This document shows, piece by piece, positions 34,247 through 46,654 of a stretch of 64,000 bases of DNA; within the stretch, counting starts at the first letter, position 1; every line of letters starts with the position of its first letter. This DNA comes from Schizochytrium sp. TIO01. Taxonomy: Eukaryota > Protista > Bigyra: Labyrinthulomycetes. The notes below the pieces were generated by a model. It was not told the origin of the DNA. It made no database searches and saw nothing but the letters and a program-made list of their open reading frames with translations. Where the stretch lies: positions 2,108,001 to 2,172,000 of the forward strand of contig SMSO01000034.1 of the NCBI GenBank assembly GCA_004764695.1, read 5' to 3'. The translations under genes were made by a program, and so were the position numbers.

Positions 34247-35107
34247 GCAACATCCGCTTGTTTGCTTGTCTTTACTTGATTTTCTTAGTGATGTAGCATT
34301 TCTATTTGGTTTTTACATTTCCTTTGTATGAGGTTCATTTTCATTCTCTGTTTCTTTTTCCCCCCGATGATTCTCATTTTGCATGGATATTGCACGAGCT
34401 TGATTTATGAGATTTCAACTCTAGTTTTTTTGCGCTTTATTAACACAACTCTTACAGGATGGCCAGATGCTTAGTTTTTTCCTCGGATATCAAAGGTTTG
34501 TCTCAAGACCTCGCTATTAGACTGAACAGGCTTTGTTTAATACCATAGGCATTATCCTGACTTAAGGTCTATTCTACCGGCTTGATATTTTTTTCAAAGA
34601 GTAATCCAGTGGATATAAATTGTATCAGAAAGTGACCCAGAATTAGTACTATTCAACGTTGCCTTCACATGTTATTTTCTTGTAGATCATTGTTTTTTAA
34701 TGCAAAGAGAGATGGTATGAGGAATGTTTGATTAAGTGTTATCGCAAACATTTGGAACAGAATACAGTTACGTTTAGATTTGTGCTTAGTTTATCATAGT
34801 GATTCATAATATTAGCCTTTTGCTTCATAATTCGTCACAATACAGCAATAAATGCTACGACGTAACAGCGTATACCCAACGAGCAGAGTATCTGTTAATT
34901 ATCGCCGAGCTTAGAGGCAAAGGCCAGCTACGAAGATAACCCAGTGTCTTATACTTGAGAGAGTGGGTTCGAGAAACAGAGCGACAGAGAGACAGAGAGA
35001 CAGAGAGATGGAGAGGGTTGTAAGACGTTACGATAAATGCAGAAGCGTGAACAACGACCAAGGTTTCGAAGGCGCCCTCCACGAAGATTGGTCTGGTCAA
35101 AAATAGC

Positions 35108-35869
35108 TCAAAGCATTTGACTGTACATGAGCACGATGGGATACACTACAAGCACTTGTTTGTGCAACATCTTGTGGATACGCATAATCCAAATACCCAC
35201 GCAACGACTCGCAAGCAAAACTCCGGCCATTCTGCAAAGGCCCGCAAGCCATGCAAAACCTGTGAGCATCTCTAAAAGCTCCCCAAGAACGAGAAACATG
35301 CTCAGAGCAAGGCTTGAGTATCCAGTAGCAGTAACCACGCTGCGCAAGGCGTCTCTATTGGCGCCCATACCACCACTGAGCAGAACGATGACAGCCCAAA
35401 CAAAAACCGATCCGATCAGCCAGCACAAGACGCTGGAGCCAAGTAGAGGAGCAACATGCGAACCCCTGAAGACATAAGACGCAAGTGTGAGTAGGATCCA
35501 AGCAGAGATGACGCAAATGGCGGCTCCACCTTCATCATTTCCTTGCTGAAGACCTTGAAATTCCTTTCGTCCAGTCCCAAATCCAAGTGTTAGCACGTGT
35601 CGAAGCCGTTTGAGCACGAGATCCATATCGATTCCAAGCTCATCAACAAGGGGAGCATCTTGAATGGCATCGGAGCTCGACTCAATGTCGGCGCTGCCAG
35701 AGCTACCGCGAGACGAAGACTCCCCGGTTCGCCACTCCTGCTCGAACTCCTCCCGGAGTCGCAAAACGAGAGCTTGAGCTTTCTCCAACCGCGTACGTAG
35801 AAATACCTCGCTGCGCTCAGCGCTCACAACCGCCGCGCGCCACCACTCGGCGGCTCTAGGTCGCCGCAT
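35108..35869 (-). CDS. Yip1-family Golgi/ER membrane protein
   Basis: APLVDELGID...KRLRHVL matches the Yip1 PPLLEELGI motif; GYS motif, about 5 hydrophobic segments and terminal LVVYPIVLMY. First in-frame ATG at 35869. Confidence 0.8.
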   Translation of the reverse strand: MRRPRAAEWWRAAVVSAERSEVFLRTRLEKAQALVLRLREEFEQEWRTGESSSRGSSGSADIESSSDAIQDAPLVDELGIDMDLVLKRLRHVLTLGFGTGRKEFQGLQQGNDEGGAAICVISAWILLTLASYVFRGSHVAPLLGSSVLCWLIGSVFVWAVIVLLSGGMGANRDALRSVVTATGYSSLALSMFLVLGELLEMLTGFAWLAGLCRMAGVLLASRCVGIWIMRIHKMLHKQVLVVYPIVLMYSQML

Positions 35870-38552
35870 TTCCAAGACGCGTGATCTGCCCAACGACCTG
35901 TGCGTCTGCAGAAGGCGAAAAGATGAGCAAACCGTCAACAAAGTTGGTTTAGAAGTTCTTCGTTTTAGTGTGTTAACTACTAGCAATTTCCTCGCGGAGC
36001 TAGGCCTAGAGTAAAATATAGCAAAGTGTTAAATAGTAGTAGGTCCCTATCGCGGATTGAGTTGAAAACACTCGAACCACTTCGAAGATTACCATTCCTA
36101 ATTGTAGTCGCAGAAAGACATAGATAGGTATGATGTAAATTATCCTTTCATCAAGTTCTTTTTGGAGAAATATGACCTCTATTTCAAGGAGGCTAGCTGA
36201 GATGGGTAGGAGGAAGGGGAAAAGAACATCACTAAAGTTTGATCAGCGCACGTTAGATCTTGGGATGTTAGACAAAAAAGGAAAGAGGTAAGCATCTCTG
36301 TAGAACTTTAATGAAGTGCTCGATGAAGTTTCCTGCTTAAATGGTTTAACTGTTGGACAATCCATGATAACTTCAATTGATGGTAAGAAAATTGTGTGAT
36401 TGCTCGTGGAAAAGCAAAAATGTAATTATACATTCCTGACTACCTTTGTTATCAATAGCTAGAATATAAATCTCGCCATGCCGAAACATAGGTCAAAAGA
36501 CTGAAGAGATCTGAAAGATTATTTTAAAGTATTAAATATGTTGATTGATTCTACTAACCCAAAGTCTGCCGGCAAAAGATAAAATAGTATTTGAGGATTT
36601 GATGTTGGAGATCTCATCATACTGCACGTTTTTCCATGGCGCATATCTAATGAATTTTCCCTCAGAGTAGACAAACCCTATTTGTGAGAAATAAAAAGTT
36701 TGTTGAATAGAAAGTATTAAAATAGGAAGTTGATACTCGCTGGATAGAAAAAATCTCAATGCTCTAAAAGCGTAGAGTCATTTAGATCTTCTCAGTTTCT
36801 GAGAAGCACATGTAAGCACCTTTTAATTTGTCGTAACAGTAAAAAGGCACCTCTGCAAGTATTAGAGCTCATTTTTTCATACATTATATTGCGTTTAAAG
36901 GTGGTAAGGTATCAGTATCAAAAGCAAGGGGACTTTGCAAATAGTAGTGTGCGTTCCGGTGAAGATGAACCATTCTATCATTTCATAAAACAATTGGCAT
37001 TCGACAAGCCATCACATCGGTACATTTGATGTTGTCTACTACATGTTTTTAGTCTTTGGATCCACTGGAAGATCAGAAACTATCACAGCATACTGATATT
37101 CAATATTTGGAGAGCGTGAGTAGTATAGAATTGTATTAGGATGTTTTAAGATTTACTTTCAGACTCCATTCAATTCTTACAGACTATTCAAAACAACACT
37201 TATCACCCATAGACCATACCGTGTCTCAGTACTTAATTAAGTGATCGAGGAAAGGATTTGCCATTGGTTTCAGTGAGAATGTTTCACACACTCGGGTACG
37301 CCTCCCATGGCAGTTATTCTCAACGTCACAGGTGGCATGAAAGCTATGATCTTTAGTTAAATGATTCACATCTTAGAATAAGAAAACCTTTGGCTTAACC
37401 TATACGAATGTCCCGCGATCGTGAAGAGAGCGTGGTAAACAAATGGCCCCGTACGTACACTGACGCCCCGAAGTATAGAAAACACACGAATTAGGTAGTA
37501 AACTAAACATTTTAAACTACAGACTGGATCAATGGGCTAGAGTCAAAGTAGATAAGATGTCCAGAAGCATATAGTATTCGAAAGAACTAGTAATAATGGA
37601 AGACAATGCCGTATTATTCTATACTAAGCCACCGTTCTACTACACAAAAAAAATACACTCACGCGAATACTACGAATACCAATTGAACAGCAAAACATTG
37701 AACAATAAGAAGAGAATACCAGGAAGTCTTGATTGCAATGTTTGAAACAAGACGAATCTTATGAGGTGAAAGATGGCAAGGACAAATAAAGCATTTATAT
37801 GCTCATGGTCCGAGCTTGTATTGATAAGTACTTTAATATAATATATACTATAATCTCTTTGAAGGTGTTACTCTATCTTCATAATGTAGGAGATAGTTAA
37901 TATATCAAAAAATTCAAACGATAATTTCCCAAAGCACAAAAGGGTTACACGATCAAGTCCATCGTAAAAATGGATGAGGAGTGAGAACGAAAATTGTGGT
38001 CTAGGTTTCACCTCAATTAGTTGACCGGAAACTCTTTCTTTCTCTTTTAAACAGCCTTTCTCAAAAGGCGGTGAACTTTGCGTTCAAAACTAGTTAGCTT
38101 GTTTTCGAACACTTTTCGTATTATACTCTGTAATCTTTGATGAACAGTCTTCTCTACGTTACGCTGTATCTCTCACATATCCACAACCTTTATGCATGGA
38201 AAACCATTCAAGTTTTTGCACTCGCGTGCAATGAACTTTGGCACACTCAACTTTTCCTTCTTCTCGATGTCAAGCATACCACGCATTAAGTTTCTGTCTT
38301 GCATTTCATGACCCAATTCCGTCCCAACCTTCATTTTTCCGACTTCACTAGCTAAGTAAGGCTGACTAAGGTAATCTCCATAAAACGACTAGTAATTAAA
38401 GCGGTTTAACATGAGAGTAGCGTCGCGACCGCACCTGTTAGACCACTTTTGCTAATCATTCGTCGATGGCAGCTATGCGATGTAATATTACTTCGCGGAC
38501 TCCTCCGCCTCTAGCCTTTCGCTCCGAACTCGCTGCGCAACCGTCTAAGACA

Positions 38553-39521
38553 ATGGCGTGGCGCCGCCCCGAGATCGCGAAGCAGCTCCGGCCATGGAAC
38601 TTCAAGTGGTAAGTCGAACTTGTGTGGCGCCCCAAGGCATTGACGCCTCTTTTGCATGACGGACTCCTTGCAGCTAGCTTTAGCTTTCTATTCAGCTGCT
38701 TTGGTGTCCCTTCGTCCTTGTTGTGCGACTGGCTTTCCTTCTACTACCTTTGCCTCTCTTGATGTGGTTTCCTTTGGACTGCAACCGGGCTCCCAAATTG
38801 CATGTCACGGATGTAAGAAGAACAAACAGATTGACTGACGATTTTGAACATTTATTTCTATTGCCCGTCTGCTCGCTGGCCCTCCGCGAAATTTCATTGC
38901 ATTTAATGACAATTATTTGGACTGCCTCCATCTCATCGTTCGTTCGTGACCTCTCAACTCCATTTTTTTGTGGGATTTGCCTACTCGCCTGTATCCTTTT
39001 TGTCTCACAATCAACTTGTGGTTTCTCATCATTTCTTTGTGGTTCTTGCTGTTGGTCTGTCTGGCGCATGTTCCTATTGGCTTCAAACTAATCATGGTTG
39101 AATCCTTCTCGCATTTGTACGCTGTTATTGTTTGTGGCTCAAACATCTGTGTCTGTATCTGCTTGGGACATATCATTATATTATATTTGTACATAGGATG
39201 CCGTCTGAGAACGTCATTCTCGTCAACAACCCTCTTCGCGAGACCACCCGCGATAACTACACCTTCCGTGTACCGCCCCACATGAACAAATTCCAGATCA
39301 AGGACTACCTTGAGAGCATCTATGATCTTCGTGTCAAATCGGTTCACACAGTCAACTACGACGGCAAAATGAAGCAACGTGGTGGCAAGCCTTTCAAACA
39401 AAAGGCTTACAAGAAGGCCGTCGTGTTCTTGCACACCGACGAAGAACCTGTGCTCCCCTCTAGCTCCAACAACAGTGGCTCGAACGTGCCTCCATCAACC
39501 TCCACCCCTTCATCTGCCTGA
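38553..39521 (+). CDS. MRPL23: Mitochondrial ribosomal protein uL23 (exons 38553..38608 and 39197..39521; 588-nt GT-AG intron)
   Basis: Exon 2 encodes TFRVPPHMNKFQIKDYLESIYDLRVKSVHTVNYDGKMK...YKKAVV (L23). Exon 1 MAWRRPEIAKQLRPWNFK joins in frame via TG|gtaagt...catag|G. Confidence 0.88.
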
Positions 39522-41125
39522 AAACCTGACTTTTCTTGTATAAACGGCTTAATGCTATAGTTGCCAAAGGTCGTGATCATGTTTGCGTTTTCTTTACTTT
39601 TTTCCTTTTCACTTCCCCCCTATCTATTTCCAAATCCGTGACAGCACACTCGCCGACAAACTAAATTATGTGATGCCGCACTGCTGGGTTCGTTCAACAT
39701 ATCTCTATATGCAAACAGAAGCAGAAGCATCGCTTGTCTCCTGAGTGTGGTTCAAATGATGTGTAAGAAATTCTGTTGAAGAATTTGCTCAGAATGAGAC
39801 ATGTATCAAGACACTTGTAGGGTTCTAAACAAGTCCACGGCATTCAAGGCTAATGGCACCATTGGCAAAACCACAGCCGTCATTACATAAACCTCCTCGC
39901 TCTCTTTATCTAAGATGTGCATTCAAGGCTCTACGCCAACCAAATAAAAAAGAAATTACCCCAAAGTAAACATGTTTATTCATATTTGTTTGAGGTTGAT
40001 TAAACCAATCGCACAAGACTCACATCAACAGTCAACAAAACAGTCAACAAGGGAAAAGGATCCACGCAATGTCTTAGTAGAATGTATCAACCTTGATATG
40101 ACCTACGCTTACTTTGTGAGTGAAGTGAATTTTTGAGATGATCAGTCTTTCATTTTGAATGCGCTTCACATCATATGTCCCCATAAAATCGGAAACTCGT
40201 AAGTTCTACTCATAACTTTTCGCAAATTATGTGGTGGAATTTTCCGTTGCATTTTAGGAAAGGAAGGAAACCACACTTCATGCTATCACATTGATTGAGG
40301 ATCGTTATGTTTGAGAAACTCTTGCATATACTGAACAACTCCAATGCATTATTTCTCACCTTGACAGACTACCAAGTGATACCTATGCAAATTCCCCAGG
40401 CTAGATTTCATTCTTTTCTTTTGAATCAGAGAAGTGTTCTAAAATTAAAAAAAAATACAAAAATATTTAAGAGTGAGCAGAAGCTAGAAAACTTTGCCAA
40501 TAGAAGGCCCTTCGCGGCATCCTTGCGTACCAACTTGGCAATCTAGTGTACATGAAACCTATCATCATTTAACGAAAATGGAGTGCATTTGGAAAAGAAA
40601 ATGAGGCGAACGCGGTTTCACTTTTGCTTCTAAAATCACAACGGAAGCATTGGCGATTGATAATTTTCTTTGCAAAGTAAGAAACAAACCATAGGTGTGA
40701 GCATATGCGACAACGAAATTAGGATTCAAATCATCACCAGAACGAGAACTCTTTTTCGTTTGTCAGTAGAATGACTAATCAGCGTCAGATCATGGTGAGA
40801 ATGAAGGCGCACATTATAAGTGGTTTTCTGTTTGTAATTTAAAAACAATTTTAAAAATCAGATATCAAACTGAGTTTTCGTTAAAGTGAAATTTGATTTT
40901 GTCTTCTTTACTTATCACAAGTCCTCATCTCGTGTAGATGATATGATTCGTTGCCTGCATCTTCGCTCTCGTCTTCTTTGTCATAACAAATTTACTATAG
41001 TGTAATAAAATAGAGTGTGCCTTCCGTTCGCCAGGGCCATTTGGCATTGCATGCTCGAGCAGCAGTGCCATGTTTGAGATAATGCTCTGATATAGGCTCT
41101 AGCATGTACTTGCATCAATCAACGC

Positions 41126-42250
41126 TCATTTGCAGTCAGCAAGGTTCCACACGGATTTTCCAGTTTTGGGATTGAAGTAGTAATTGCGTTTGTTGCTTTT
41201 GCTAAATTTTACTTCCCAAGGGTGTGGCAGTTTACTCTTGGGCGCTGGCATTGGGAACGGGGCATCGGGAATCAATGCCTTCATAACAAAGTTTTCTGAA
41301 GATGCAGTTTTTAGATTCACAGCCATGGCATCCCACGAAGGAGCAGCTGGCGCATCGAGGGAGGATTTCGCTCCATATCTCCGCTGTAGAGCCTCTAAGC
41401 ATAGTTTACTATAAACGCCAGGGGGGCGGCTTTTTGCGAACCTTTTAAGAGCTTCTGGAAGCTCTATTTTCAATTCTTCTACCATGTACGAGATCACAAG
41501 CACGCCGGCACGATTACATCCAAGCGTCGAGATAACCACAATGCGGCCTTCGGGGTCCATAATCCTGGATTCTTTTACACGCTTGATGAATTCTGCGACC
41601 TGAGGCCTGCTCGGCGGTACAAAACGGTACATTTCCTCGGTGAGCCCAGGCCCAATCTGAGACTTCTCCAACGGGATTGCCATGCGCTGCATATCCCATT
41701 CTTCATAAATTTCATTACGATCATACAGGTATGATTTTTGGTCCGAGACTGAGTCCACCACAAGCGGCACAAAGATCTCCTTTTTATTGAGGCCGTCCAC
41801 AAAGCTGTCAATTGTAAACTCATTCTTTTCCCCACCAATCTGTGTCTCATAAATTGTCGAGAGCGGCGTTTTTGCCACTAGAAACGGAGTGTCTTCCACT
41901 TCTGACACATTTTCATTTTCCACCCATGCATCAAAGAGTTCCTTCTTCCATCTAATCTCGCTACTAGAAGTCACAGGGTTTGCTGATTCCATAGGTTTCG
42001 CTTCAGACGAAGAAGTTGAGCTCGACTTTGGCCACGCGTCTTGGTCTTCTTCACGAGCACGTTTTGCTTGAGCCTCCTTGAATTTACGCACGACATCCTG
42101 CATGTTCTTCCTCTTCTCCTCATCAGTCATTGCCTTCGGAGCCTTCTTCGCCGTGCTGCTCAGGCTGGCTGCTCGCAATGATGAGCTAGGTTTTTCATCA
42201 CTCTGAGGCCGCTGCAACCTGGGCCGCTTGGAGCTGCGTTCCTCCTGCAT
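41126..42250 (-). CDS. Capping-enzyme-type RNA triphosphatase/DSP-like protein with degenerate active site and C-terminal WW domain
   Basis: PFLVAKTPL, ISTLGCNRAG...SYMVE...ALKRFAKSRPPGVY...LEALQRRY parallels the RNGTT/DUSP11 triphosphatase domain. WW domain: LPHPWEVKFSKSNKRNYYFNPKTGKSVW. Confidence 0.85.
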   Translation of the reverse strand: MQEERSSKRPRLQRPQSDEKPSSSLRAASLSSTAKKAPKAMTDEEKRKNMQDVVRKFKEAQAKRAREEDQDAWPKSSSTSSSEAKPMESANPVTSSSEIRWKKELFDAWVENENVSEVEDTPFLVAKTPLSTIYETQIGGEKNEFTIDSFVDGLNKKEIFVPLVVDSVSDQKSYLYDRNEIYEEWDMQRMAIPLEKSQIGPGLTEEMYRFVPPSRPQVAEFIKRVKESRIMDPEGRIVVISTLGCNRAGVLVISYMVEELKIELPEALKRFAKSRPPGVYSKLCLEALQRRYGAKSSLDAPAAPSWDAMAVNLKTASSENFVMKALIPDAPFPMPAPKSKLPHPWEVKFSKSNKRNYYFNPKTGKSVWNLADCK

Positions 42251-42927
42251 CCTGCCTGCCAGACAAAGATTTGCTGAGTGTCCACTAACTCCTGCTGCTG
42301 CTGCTGCTGCTACTGCTACTGCTTCCCACTGCGCTCTGATTACCGCGATGGGTTCAACTGGATTGATGTTTGGTGTCTGATAAGTTTTTGTTCTTTATCT
42401 TTTAAGAAGAGCTGTTCGTTCTTTTGAAGCTCTATCAGAACTACTAAAGTTAACCATAAGTGCGGTATTAGTGCTGTCAGCTTGTGGAGGGGAAGGGTTT
42501 GAAGAGGTGTTTGCTAAAAAGGGTCTTTGCGTAAAATATATCTGGTGGAGCAAGGCGTACTAGATGTACGATAATCACAAGGATTTGAGGATCTTGACCG
42601 GCATAGCATGTTCAAGGCAGTGAAGAATGAACAACGGGATTTTAAACGAAATGGCAGAGTTTCTTTGGGTCACCAGAAGGCGCTCTCAAAATTGGCTCAG
42701 TCACGTTTAGCTTCTGTGAACTGAAGATGCGGTTTGAGATGGCCTTGGCAAAGTTCTACCAGGTTGAAGTATGTAGTTTAACTGACCTTAAACAGTGGAG
42801 CTGCATCTTCACTGTTTGGGAAGAGGCTACCGAATCTTGAGACATATAAAAAACAGTCAATTTGCTAAATAATGTAAAGTTATATAAAGAAGAAACAAAA
42901 GAACTAAAAAAAAGACGGGCGACAAAA

Positions 42928-44343
42928 CTATTGCAAAACGCATTTACTATTGTTGGACGAACTCTCACCGTGACCGCTCTTTTGAGAGACACCACCAACA
43001 GCAACCGACATGTATGCACCAGCAAAAATTTGCGAAACATATATGCGATGCTTCGAGCTTGCTGATGTCTGGTTTACGAGTGTGGGGGAGGTCACGAACA
43101 GCTGCGAACTTCCAAGGCCGAGCCGGCCATGCTCATTGTGTCCCCACGCATACAGTTCTCCCCGTTCAGTTACAGCCATTGAGTGATAGCCGCCGCCTGC
43201 TATGGCCCTTATGGGGTCTGGAAAGCCAGTAACCATAAGTGGAAATACACGGTGCTCTTGATCGCGATGGCCAAGACGGCCGAACTCTCCACGACCCCAC
43301 GTAAACACTTCTCCATTCTCGGTGAGAGCAATTGTGTGCTTCCCACCACAACTCAAATCTGCTATTACAGGTAATGACGAACAGTTCTGCACTATCTTAC
43401 TCTTTTGGTTACGGAATTGCCACTGGATGACTTTTACAGGACGTTCCATAAAAATTGCATCATCTACATCACTCTTGCGGAATAGTGAGCGTGCTGCACA
43501 ATTGTTCCCGTTGCTACGAAGACCAACGCCGCCTAGTTGAAAGCTTCGACCGCAACCCCACGTATAAACATGCCCATTCCGTTTCGATATAACTGCGCTG
43601 TGATCCCAGCCACAAGAAATTATCTTAATTTTGATTTTTTGTTCTGCAAATGTACGAATTAGACGAGGTTCGAGCTGGGTTTCTTGGTTTCCATGACCAA
43701 GGCGACCCAACAGACCTAGTCCCCAGCTATACACACGACCATGGTCATCAAGGGCAAGGTTATGCGAGGCTCCACACGCAACACTAATAACACGAATTTG
43801 TGTGTCCTTTTCCGTTTTGTTTTTTTCTTCATCTTCAGATCGAAGTTGTACAAGGATTGTGTCAATATTTTTTTGGGAACTATTCAGATCAAGACTACTT
43901 CGCTGAAAGAATTTTATTTGTTGCGGTTCAAAAGATGAATCTTCGGATCCGTGGCCTAAAACACCGTAGACCCCACTACCCCACGAGTAAACTTCGCCTG
44001 TGCGTAGTACAGCGATAGCATGATTGCGTCCAGCAGCAATAGTAGCAACACTCCGCGATTGGAAAAAACGAAGTTTGCGAGGAACACTCATTTCCTCTTT
44101 CTGATCAGGAATACCGAGCTGATGCGTCCGGTTGTAACCCCACGTGAAGATATCTCCGCGCTTCGTGAGAGCTACATTGAAACAGAATCCACAAGACACA
44201 AACTGCACGCTCTGTCCTTGCAAAAGGACTCGGTCAATAGGTTTGATTATGGTTACACACCTCTCATTTGTACCATGACCGAGTTGCCCATGCTGATTCC
44301 ATCCCCAGCTATACAGTTCTTCGCCTTGAGGCGCTACATTCAT
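42928..44343 (-). CDS. RCC1 beta-propeller protein with C-terminal CaaX motif (CVLQ)
   Basis: About seven RCC1 repeats (YSWGxxxxGxLGHG); the protein ends SKCVLQ-stop. Confidence 0.9.
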   Translation of the reverse strand: MNVAPQGEELYSWGWNQHGQLGHGTNERCVTIIKPIDRVLLQGQSVQFVSCGFCFNVALTKRGDIFTWGYNRTHQLGIPDQKEEMSVPRKLRFFQSRSVATIAAGRNHAIAVLRTGEVYSWGSGVYGVLGHGSEDSSFEPQQIKFFQRSSLDLNSSQKNIDTILVQLRSEDEEKNKTEKDTQIRVISVACGASHNLALDDHGRVYSWGLGLLGRLGHGNQETQLEPRLIRTFAEQKIKIKIISCGWDHSAVISKRNGHVYTWGCGRSFQLGGVGLRSNGNNCAARSLFRKSDVDDAIFMERPVKVIQWQFRNQKSKIVQNCSSLPVIADLSCGGKHTIALTENGEVFTWGRGEFGRLGHRDQEHRVFPLMVTGFPDPIRAIAGGGYHSMAVTERGELYAWGHNEHGRLGLGSSQLFVTSPTLVNQTSASSKHRIYVSQIFAGAYMSVAVGGVSQKSGHGESSSNNSKCVLQ

Positions 44344-44982
44344 TCTTCTCGTTGTCCACGCCTCTTGTTTCAGACGCTGCCTTGAACAGCAAACTCAGCG
44401 CCTTGAAGATTTCCGAACAAGCATGGGTATTCTGCCCTATTATAGTATGAATTAAGTAATTGCTTTTCTCGCTTGCCCCTTTGCTTTTAGTGTCACATCA
44501 CTGATTTACCACATACTGTCGCGAGACGAGTTAGTATTCATTTATACTCTAAACATGGTTATGAGCCGTTGAGCCTTTTTCTAGTTTCAAGGTTAGACCA
44601 GTTTCTCCATCGCGTATGCACATCCAAGTATGAGTAGTCTAGATTGGTTGAGGATGGTCCTTCCTCTATTTGAAGAGACTTGACCTATGTCCTGACCTAG
44701 TGACACTCTGTTGCATGTTTATGCTTTGACAGGTTGTTGAATGGGTTACATTGTACTTTCTTTCTGTCGCAGTTCGCAAATCTCAAAATATTGATTAAAA
44801 TATAAGGAGCACACACTTAGTACTTTGAAAATGATTTATATTATGTGGGTGACTATAAATATTATGGTGCATCTGAATGCCACCCTCTTATAGCTTTCTA
44901 TTGTTTCTATCGTGAAGTAGTGGCAAGTTTGAGAAAGAAAGCTAAAACGCATCAATTTTGCGTTATTTCTCTCCTGACCTAA

Positions 44983-44984
<2 letters not shown>

Positions 44985-45046
<62 letters not shown>

Positions 45047-45048
45047 AA
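44985..45048. repeat. (GAAA)n microsatellite, ~16 units
   Basis: Read directly. Confidence 0.95.
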
Positions 45049-46267
45049 AGAAAAAGCACACTCTAAGAATAAGGAGAAGTACCTTATAATTGACTGAAGG
45101 TTGGCGGGAGCAATAGTTGTATACTCCACATTCAAACAAGTGCAGTATGTCTGAGTAGATTCTGTGTTGCTTGTGTCGCCACTATAGACTGTACTTTATG
45201 GAGGACAATATCACAAGTCCAATGGTTTCATCAAAGCGAGGACTTCACATCGCATACTAGTATCTACCCTTATTATTAACTACTCGAACCCAATTAGGTA
45301 TCTTGCCTTGTTTTTGCGCACTCCTTCGTTCCCGTGAATACTTGAGATAAACCAGTGTGCACCTCTCGGTTACCCAATACAATACAGGTTTAGTCTCTGT
45401 GCTGCAACATCCTCTCGCAGGACTATTTCGCTTACTCTACCTTGCTCGAAAGGGGGCCACTCTTTCCCAGACATCATGTCCCTCAAACTTGTCGAATTGA
45501 TGATAAAATGAGGCTTCGCGCTTCAGGGCGTTCTCGATTCGATTTCTTCCATTGCTCTTCTCTGGGACACCCTCAAAAAAATTCGCGTCTCCCCAAACCA
45601 TTCCAGGCCACGTCTTCCGTGGCTTATTCGCCGTGTCCGTAGTAGTCGGTCTTGGTCCCCAATATATTGGGGAGCACTGCCGCAAAAACCAAACAGTTCC
45701 GCTACGCTACTAAACATCATGCAAAAGACATCTGGAGAACTGAAGTATAAGTCATAACCTCGCAGGTTATCAAAGTTATCCTGAAGTCTGACACCGACGT
45801 ATGTATATTACAAATTGATATATGTAAATATATATATTTTTAATAGCCATTCATGGTCCTGGAGGACTCTCCGAACTGGCCTGTGCTGACATGCATGAGT
45901 GATGGCACACTTAAACTCACGAATGCAATTCGGCGAAGTTCAAGCGTCATGTTTAGTAAATGAATTCCTTGCAAGCCACATCTCAACCGATGCCTGAAAA
46001 TTATTAGGTACCAAGCAGCCTCAGGAAACTAGCGCAAACTAGCAATTTTCCAAGCAAACTTCAGCAATGTCGATATCAGCCCAGCTTCACTAACTAATTC
46101 GCCTTCACTCACCGCAATCACGCTAATGACAGCTCAAGTGAATCAGACAGCTCTTTCGCGCAAGGAAACAGTCCCCGACATAGTTCGTAACCTCCGCACA
46201 GTTTCATTCATTCATTCGCTCTACCTAGGATTTACTGCTAACCATTATAGGCGGTCCGCTCTCCAAG

Positions 46268-46314
46268 TTAGGTTAGGTTAGGTTAGGTTTAGTTAGGTTA
46301 AGTTAGGTTAGGTT
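46268..46314 (+). repeat. Interstitial telomere-like (TTAGG)n tract, 9 pentamers (7 perfect)
   Basis: (TTAGG)4 TTTAG TTAGG TTAAG (TTAGG)2 read directly. Confidence 0.85.
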
Positions 46315-46654
46315 GCTCAAGTTCCGGGCACTTTAGAGGGGGCCGCCATACTGGGGACACAACAAAGGCGTCACAGTTAAATGGAGTGCCGGAAAATGGA
46401 CAGCGTTCTGTGAGTAGGTGCATTAGGGGTTGATAGTTTAAACAATAGGAGTGCGAATACTTGAAGAAGTCAAAAATTAATCAACAAAACAATCGATCAA
46501 TCAATTACTCAATCGATGATCAAGAAAGGCTCAGTCGATTGTTGGACACGTGGTGGAGCCTGGCTGATTTGCTTGTGTGGGCTGGATAGTTGAGTGATCG
46601 TCGAGCAAAGCGAGGCTTGCTGTGGCTGTTTGCGCGTATTCATCCGAAGGCAGG

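Noticed and set aside
38692-39434. Short ORFs around the uL23 gene
   Set aside because: They lie in the intron or antisense to exon 2.
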